From: an uncultured Bacteroidia bacterium
GTDB taxonomy: Bacteria > UBA4055
Direction of reading: 5' to 3'
Length of the DNA: 64,000 nt
Assembly (NCBI GenBank): GCA_964648295.1
Contig: CAZYNH010000001.1
Location: 197,180 to 261,179, forward strand
A model generated the notes under the pieces. The model was not told the DNA's origin. It made no database searches and was given only the letters and a program-made list of their open reading frames with translations. The position numbers and the translations under genes are program-made. Positions within the stretch are counted from its first letter, which is position 1; every line of letters starts with the position of its first letter. Below, piece by piece: positions 58,691-64,000 of this stretch.

Positions 58691-61600
58691 TTGCTAGAGA
58701 AAGGAAAAATAATCGACTCTATCTACAGGGTCGAGGAACATCTGGGCAGCGGGGCCCAGGGCGATATCTATCATGTAAAGACCGCGGCATCCGGTCTGAA
58801 CCTTGCCCTGAAGCTGATCAGCGTCAGCGGCGAAGAGAAGAGCAAACTGGACGACATGATAGAATCCGTTAAGGAAGAGTTCACCATCATCAGGTCGCTC
58901 CACCACAAAAACATTATAAGCGTCTACGATTTCGGGTATGATAAAAAGCTTGGGAAATATTATTACACGATGGATTTTCTTCAGGGCTCAGACCTCAAAA
59001 AATATGTCTCGTCCACCCCGCATGTAATTCATTTTCCCGAAGTGGTCTATCAGATCCTTGACGGGCTCAACTATCTTCATTCGAACAATATTATCCACTT
59101 TGATATCAAACCCGAGAATATATTTATTATCGACACGCCTCAGGGGCCTGTTGTAAAGATACTTGACTTCGGTCTTTCGGAGGTAAAGAAACACAATAAA
59201 CAGAATTTTAATCTTAAAGGAACGCTTTCATACCTTGCGCCGGAATTTTTTCTGAATCCGGAAAAAATAAGTCCGAAGATAGATCTCTACTCGCTTGGAA
59301 TAACTCTGATCCATGTGAATAAGGGTGTTGTTGACGAAGATAATTCGTCAGTTCTGGCAAAAGGGAGCATAATAAAAGCCATCAATGAGCAGTATGAAAA
59401 GAATATGGAGCTTCTGGCGGATTTCAGGGACAAAAAGGTTAGAGCGTTTATTTCCCAGCTCACAGAGAAGAACCCGGGCACCAGGATATCTTCTGCCGTA
59501 GAGGCGATAGTATCACTGAACAGGATATTCAACACCGATTTCAAGATACCGGCCGTCCATCATATCACCTCATTTATAAACAACCCGAAATTCATACTCA
59601 GAGATGATATTTACAGGCATATAAAAACTCTCAGGGACGGGGCGATAAAGAGAAAAGAGGGTAAATGTGTTCTTCTGTCCGGACCTGCGGGCGCCGGCAA
59701 GACAAAAATACTTTCCCAGCTTGTATTTCAGGCCGGGCTGGGTCTGGAAAAAATGCTCAGGATATATCTGAACGACAACACGAGCGAGGATTTTTTCATC
59801 GGCAAGCTGATCTTGAGAAAAATATACAATATGTACAGAGATGAGATCAGTATTGAGGGCGATTTTGAAAAGATCAGCAAAGAAATCGATTCGATAATAG
59901 CCAATGAACAGGATTTTTCCTATGTATATGATGTTATAATCAATTTCATATTCAAATGTTCAGCATCGGGCGAAGTAAAACTCTCCATACTTCTCGACAA
60001 TTACGAGAGGTACGATACGGAATCTATAAAATTCGTCAACAGATTCCTCAGCGCCAACAAGAATTCCGGGAATGTTTTTCTTGTCCTTTCGATAGCCACT
60101 GACAAGATGAATGAGACCGTTAAGCAGAATTACAGGCTTCTTGAGTACGATCCGGATGTTCAGAAGGTTGATGTTCCTCTCTTGACATACGAGGAAACGG
60201 AAAAGGCTGTAGCGATACTTTTGGGTAAAATAGGAAGTCTTCCCGAAGATTTTGTGAAAAAAGTGTACGATCATACAGGCGGGAACTTCAGGAAACTCAT
60301 GACAGTAATAGATGAGTTTTTCCATGAGGGGGTATTGAGTTATGTTTCGGGATTTTTACTTTTCAGGGATCCGGTCAGGTTCAGTTCTATACTCCGCTCC
60401 TCTTCCGGAAGGTCGGCAAAGAATATAATCGACACTCTGGACCCCGACGAGATAAGCATTCTGAGGCTGCTCTGCGTCACGTTCAACAAACTCACTTTTG
60501 AGGAGATAAGGTCTTTAATTAATGTCGCGGACTATGATCTGAAAAAATATCTCAGCAGGCTTTTCGAGCAGGATATAATAACCGGGTATCAGGGCCTGTA
60601 CAAAGCTATAAGAAAGGAGGTAAAGGATTATGTTTTCAGAAAATGTTCGAGAGAGGACCTTGTAAACCTGTACTCCAAGATTATCGAACTTCCCCACGAG
60701 GATAAATTCAGCCAGTATTCGGTACTGCTTATCAAGTCGTTCATAAATCCCGGAAAAAGGCGGAACCTTGATGTGGTCGGTAAATATATAGACAAGATGA
60801 TGAAAGTCGATTCCAACGACAACCTGTATTACCTGCTGCTCAACAGTCTTAAAGTGGCCGAAGACAAAGAATTGAGGTTCAGGCTTGAGGTTAATTACGC
60901 CTATTACCTTACAAAAAAGGATATGGATAAGGCGGTTAAACTTCTTGATAATCTGGACCGTCTGTACAGAAAAAAAGAAAGGCTGATCGAGAATAAAATA
61001 AGCTTTATCAGGCTTAAACTCAGAATGCTCGATTCAGATAAATGTAATTATAATGCTTCGGAATTCGTAAAGAACGCTCTCCCTGTAATGAAAGAGGGAA
61101 TTAAAGACGACGATATGTATACCGAGCTTTTGAATTTTATTAAAAAACTGCTTCAGTCGGGGGAATATTTCAGTCAGGGAGCCGAGATAATTTCAATGCT
61201 CGAAAGAGAATTTGAGATAGACAGGAACATATCGTTTGAATACCCGAACACGGTCAGCGCCATGAAATTCATCTACGGTGTGATCGAATGGAAAGACGAA
61301 TATGAAAGAATACTTGCCGGATATATAAACGAGCATGTAAAGGCTCAGCTTCTGAACGGAAATTATTTCTTCCTTCTCAGGTCGGTAGCCCTCCTTTCCG
61401 AAAAAGGCTACATCAAGAACGATTACAGTGAAAGGCTGAATTACGGGCTTGAAGTCGCGTACAGGCAGAAGCATATTGAGAATGTATTCGAAATGTACAC
61501 GATCCTTTCAAACTACTACTACTACAGAAACGAATATGAAAAATCGCTCTACTGGGACGAGAAAAAAGTGAACCTCAAGCAGAAGCTGAGAAAAGAGCTG

Positions 61601-62485
61601 ACATCGGATGATATCGGCGATATAGCTACGGTCAAGGCTAATCTTTACTATCCGATAGGAGAGGTTTTAGACCTAATGCAGGAAACGAGAAGGCAGGCCA
61701 AGGAGAAGAACGAGCTTTCAACATATATCACATACCTGACCAATGAGTTTATCATCCTGCACAGAAAGGGAGATTTCAGATCCGCGAAATTTACTATAAG
61801 AAAGGCTTATCTTTACTTCAGGGCGATACCGGAAGTCGAGCTCATAAGGCATTACGAAAGGGTCGCAAGGTATTTTCCGGAGGTGTTCTCAAAGGACGAG
61901 TCCATGCAGGATATTGGAAAGCTGAGGTCGGACGGTACGATATCCGAAGAAGCCTCCGTAAAGCTGACAGAACTGGCGGAAAAATATTATGAGTACAATA
62001 TCTGCTACAGATGGTCCCCCGACAGGGTGGATGAGGTTCTCTCAGGCAGCATCGAACTTGAGACACCCATGATGCTCCTTCACTACCTGAAATTAAATAA
62101 AAGGCTTCCTGAAGTTAGCAGGGTGATGGGGAAAATAGAGGGCAGGTTCTTCAATCCGGAGTGCACGGGTGATTACCTTGTGTTCAAGGTAACCAAATTC
62201 ATGCTCACAAAGGAAAAATCTCTTATAGAAACGATCTTTGAATACTCAAGAAAGCTGCATATTGCCGGATATGTGATGATAAACATATACACGATAATAC
62301 CTTTCATGGAATTTTCGCTGATGGTGAACGTTCCCAAGGAATACCTCACAAAATTTATCGATCTTTATGAGGAGATAAGGAATTATCTGTATGAATATAT
62401 GGATGAAACACAGATGAAACTTTTTGAATCCACTTATTTTTTCAGGCGCGGAAAGAAGATCATTGAATATTTCAATAAACTCTGA
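58691..62485 (+). CDS. multidomain Ser/Thr protein kinase, AAA/NB-ARC-like ATPase and TPR-like C-terminal region (TTG start)
   Basis: Kinase motifs (LGSGAQGDIYHV, ALKLI, HFDIKPENIFI, ILDFGLS, YLAPE). Walker A motif LLSGPAGAGKTKIL. The long helical C-terminus is repeat-like. Confidence 0.8.
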   Translation: MLEKGKIIDSIYRVEEHLGSGAQGDIYHVKTAASGLNLALKLISVSGEEKSKLDDMIESVKEEFTIIRSLHHKNIISVYDFGYDKKLGKYYYTMDFLQGSDLKKYVSSTPHVIHFPEVVYQILDGLNYLHSNNIIHFDIKPENIFIIDTPQGPVVKILDFGLSEVKKHNKQNFNLKGTLSYLAPEFFLNPEKISPKIDLYSLGITLIHVNKGVVDEDNSSVLAKGSIIKAINEQYEKNMELLADFRDKKVRAFISQLTEKNPGTRISSAVEAIVSLNRIFNTDFKIPAVHHITSFINNPKFILRDDIYRHIKTLRDGAIKRKEGKCVLLSGPAGAGKTKILSQLVFQAGLGLEKMLRIYLNDNTSEDFFIGKLILRKIYNMYRDEISIEGDFEKISKEIDSIIANEQDFSYVYDVIINFIFKCSASGEVKLSILLDNYERYDTESIKFVNRFLSANKNSGNVFLVLSIATDKMNETVKQNYRLLEYDPDVQKVDVPLLTYEETEKAVAILLGKIGSLPEDFVKKVYDHTGGNFRKLMTVIDEFFHEGVLSYVSGFLLFRDPVRFSSILRSSSGRSAKNIIDTLDPDEISILRLLCVTFNKLTFEEIRSLINVADYDLKKYLSRLFEQDIITGYQGLYKAIRKEVKDYVFRKCSREDLVNLYSKIIELPHEDKFSQYSVLLIKSFINPGKRRNLDVVGKYIDKMMKVDSNDNLYYLLLNSLKVAEDKELRFRLEVNYAYYLTKKDMDKAVKLLDNLDRLYRKKERLIENKISFIRLKLRMLDSDKCNYNASEFVKNALPVMKEGIKDDDMYTELLNFIKKLLQSGEYFSQGAEIISMLEREFEIDRNISFEYPNTVSAMKFIYGVIEWKDEYERILAGYINEHVKAQLLNGNYFFLLRSVALLSEKGYIKNDYSERLNYGLEVAYRQKHIENVFEMYTILSNYYYYRNEYEKSLYWDEKKVNLKQKLRKELTSDDIGDIATVKANLYYPIGEVLDLMQETRRQAKEKNELSTYITYLTNEFIILHRKGDFRSAKFTIRKAYLYFRAIPEVELIRHYERVARYFPEVFSKDESMQDIGKLRSDGTISEEASVKLTELAEKYYEYNICYRWSPDRVDEVLSGSIELETPMMLLHYLKLNKRLPEVSRVMGKIEGRFFNPECTGDYLVFKVTKFMLTKEKSLIETIFEYSRKLHIAGYVMINIYTIIPFMEFSLMVNVPKEYLTKFIDLYEEIRNYLYEYMDETQMKLFESTYFFRRGKKIIEYFNKL

Positions 62486-62486
62486 T

Positions 62487-63029
62487 CTATTTTCTGACCC
62501 ACTCGCCCTTTTTGTTTCTGTAAAATGTTCTGGCGGGAGACTCCGACAGGTTCATATTGAAAAAAGAAGCGTAAACCTCTTCTGGATTAGAGTTGTACCT
62601 AGCATCCGTTTCAATAATTCTTTTCATAATAAGTGAGCGCGCCTTATTTTCTCTCTCAAACACTCTCCACGCGTTTTCCCTGAACACCTTATCGAGTTTT
62701 TCAAGCGCTTTTTTGTCCGATATGTCCAGAAGTCCGTTCAGATCTTCTCCGAATATGCCTTTTATTTTCATTTCGTTCACATCGTCTTTCAGAAATTCCC
62801 TGTCTCTGACGGCCTCCAGCACATCGCGCCTGTCAGCCGTTATCTTAAGATTACCGTCGCCTCTTTCAGACGCGACCATCCATGCGTCCTCCCGGATCTT
62901 CGCGTATTCGCCCATCACCTGATTTTCCAGAGCCGTCTTCTCTCCCGTTATCCTGATGTCGGGTATTTTTACCGTGCATGCGGATAAGATAAAAAGAAAA
63001 ATAGGTATATAACTATATCCTGTCTTCAT
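62487..63029 (-). CDS. lipoprotein, DUF1318/YdbL-like
   Basis: Lipobox FILSAC. The family call is weak. Confidence 0.4.
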   Translation of the reverse strand: MKTGYSYIPIFLFILSACTVKIPDIRITGEKTALENQVMGEYAKIREDAWMVASERGDGNLKITADRRDVLEAVRDREFLKDDVNEMKIKGIFGEDLNGLLDISDKKALEKLDKVFRENAWRVFERENKARSLIMKRIIETDARYNSNPEEVYASFFNMNLSESPARTFYRNKKGEWVRK

Positions 63030-63790
63030 ATTCTGAAAAGATCATCCATACCGTACATTCCGTTCTCAGAACGGCCCACAATAAACTCTACGGCGCGGAA
63101 TACTCCGGCGGCGAAAGTTTTTCTGGAGGTTGCTTTGTGCGTCAGTTCAAGCCGTTCGCCGTTCCCGGCGAATATCACTTTGTGATCACCGACGACATCG
63201 CCGCCCCTCAGCGTGTGGATCGCGATCTCAGACCGGCCGCGCGGTCCGTAAGTTCCCTTTCTGCCGTATATCACGCTGAAGTCCGGGTTCGATCTTAAAA
63301 GAATGTCCCTCAGCTTCAGCGCGGTCCCGCTCGGGGCATCGGCCTTCTGGTTGTGATGCATTTCCAGCATCTCGATATCGTAGTCGTCCCTGGCCAGCTC
63401 TGAAATGGTTCCGAGCATTCTGCCGAGAATATATATACCCAGAGAAAAGTTCGGGGAATAAAAAACCCTTCCCTTACCGGCTATAGCGCTAAGCTCGTTC
63501 ATCTCGTTTTCGTCAAATCCGGTGGTTCCGGTTACGAACGGCTTATTATTCTCAACGCAAATTTTAAGATGTTCCAGCGTGGATTTTTTGGATGTAAAGT
63601 CAACAACTACATCGATATCGTCGTGATCTATCACATCAGCCAGTTTTATTCCCATACCCAGATTTGTCAGCAGGCATTTTTCGGGGGTCTCGATTATATA
63701 TGAGATGTTATAACGGTCCGAACCCCCGCAGAAATCGGTAATGGTCCTGCCCATTCTGCCGTAGCCGCCGCAAAGAGCTATGTTGATCAT
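63026..63790 (-). CDS. dapB: 4-hydroxy-tetrahydrodipicolinate reductase
   Basis: IALCGGYGRMGR NAD(P)-binding motif, VVDFT, and EMHHNQKADAPSGTA. Confidence 0.9.
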   Translation of the reverse strand: MINIALCGGYGRMGRTITDFCGGSDRYNISYIIETPEKCLLTNLGMGIKLADVIDHDDIDVVVDFTSKKSTLEHLKICVENNKPFVTGTTGFDENEMNELSAIAGKGRVFYSPNFSLGIYILGRMLGTISELARDDYDIEMLEMHHNQKADAPSGTALKLRDILLRSNPDFSVIYGRKGTYGPRGRSEIAIHTLRGGDVVGDHKVIFAGNGERLELTHKATSRKTFAAGVFRAVEFIVGRSENGMYGMDDLFRI

Positions 63791-63872
63791 TTATGCCTCC
63801 GGGTTTTCTTTTGCGTAATATATGGATTAGTTCCGTTTTATTCAAGCGGAATGTTTTTTAACATCCGGCGGG

Positions 63873-64000
63873 TCAGAATACATATTTGCCGTATGTTCTG
63901 AGTCTTTTTATCCAGCTCTGATAGAACAGCGTCTCCTTTCTTTCAGGCGGAGAGTTCTCTATTCTGCGGGTAAGTACATCAAGAGCGGAGTCGGCAAAAC
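63873..64000 (-). CDS. 3' end of an unidentified CDS that runs off the window
   Basis: Reverse-strand frame ...FADSALDVLTRRIENSPPERKETLFYQSWIKRLRTYGKYVF* with no internal stop, ending at 63873. Confidence 0.3.
   Translation of the reverse strand, partial: FADSALDVLTRRIENSPPERKETLFYQSWIKRLRTYGKYVF

Noticed and set aside
1-64000. CRISPR arrays, rRNA genes and tRNA genes
   Set aside because: No regularly spaced direct repeats with unique spacers were seen, and no rRNA- or tRNA-like conserved blocks were recognised by eye.

Overview
This 64 kb window is low-GC bacterial chromosome, probably from an FCB-group-like or candidate-phylum organism; I cannot determine the taxon from sequence alone. 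It spans the replication-origin neighbourhood, with dnaA-dnaN-recF-DUF721-gyrB in the canonical order and several DnaA-box-like motifs in the dnaA-dnaN spacer. Housekeeping genes present are prfB (with a conserved +1 frameshift site), tdh, lysC, pyrF, a Moco biosynthesis operon (moaA-moaC-MOSC-mog, plus moeB elsewhere), rmuC, dapB, comM, and an ABC ATPase with a permease-M1 aminopeptidase fusion. Two accessory/defence islands are embedded. Island 1 (about 10.3-22.0 kb) holds a translationally coupled AAA_21 ABC-ATPase + Toprim-like (DUF4435/OLD-like) pair, a 1569-aa lipoprotein with about 14 Fn3-like repeats and a C-terminal FGE/SUMF1 domain, a coupled HEPN-like + unknown gene pair, a Schlafen/AlbA_2 + HATPase_c_4 regulator-like gene and an MNT/HepT toxin-antitoxin pair. 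Two of these loci carry an identical perfect palindrome TGTACGA-N5-TCGTACA about 80 nt upstream of their starts. Island 2 (about 41.2-51.7 kb) holds vapBC plus a coupled third gene, an orphan radical-SAM gene, vsr, and a tight operon HTH-C5-MTase / HNH nuclease / second C5-MTase / DUF262 / HEPN(MAE_28990-like), followed by a GC-rich secreted-protein gene and an ORF6N gene. Other notable items are a giant Ser/Thr-kinase-AAA-TPR protein, Cys-rich secreted small proteins, a tandem hairpin repeat, and iteron-like repeats. No rRNA, tRNA or CRISPR array was recognised.
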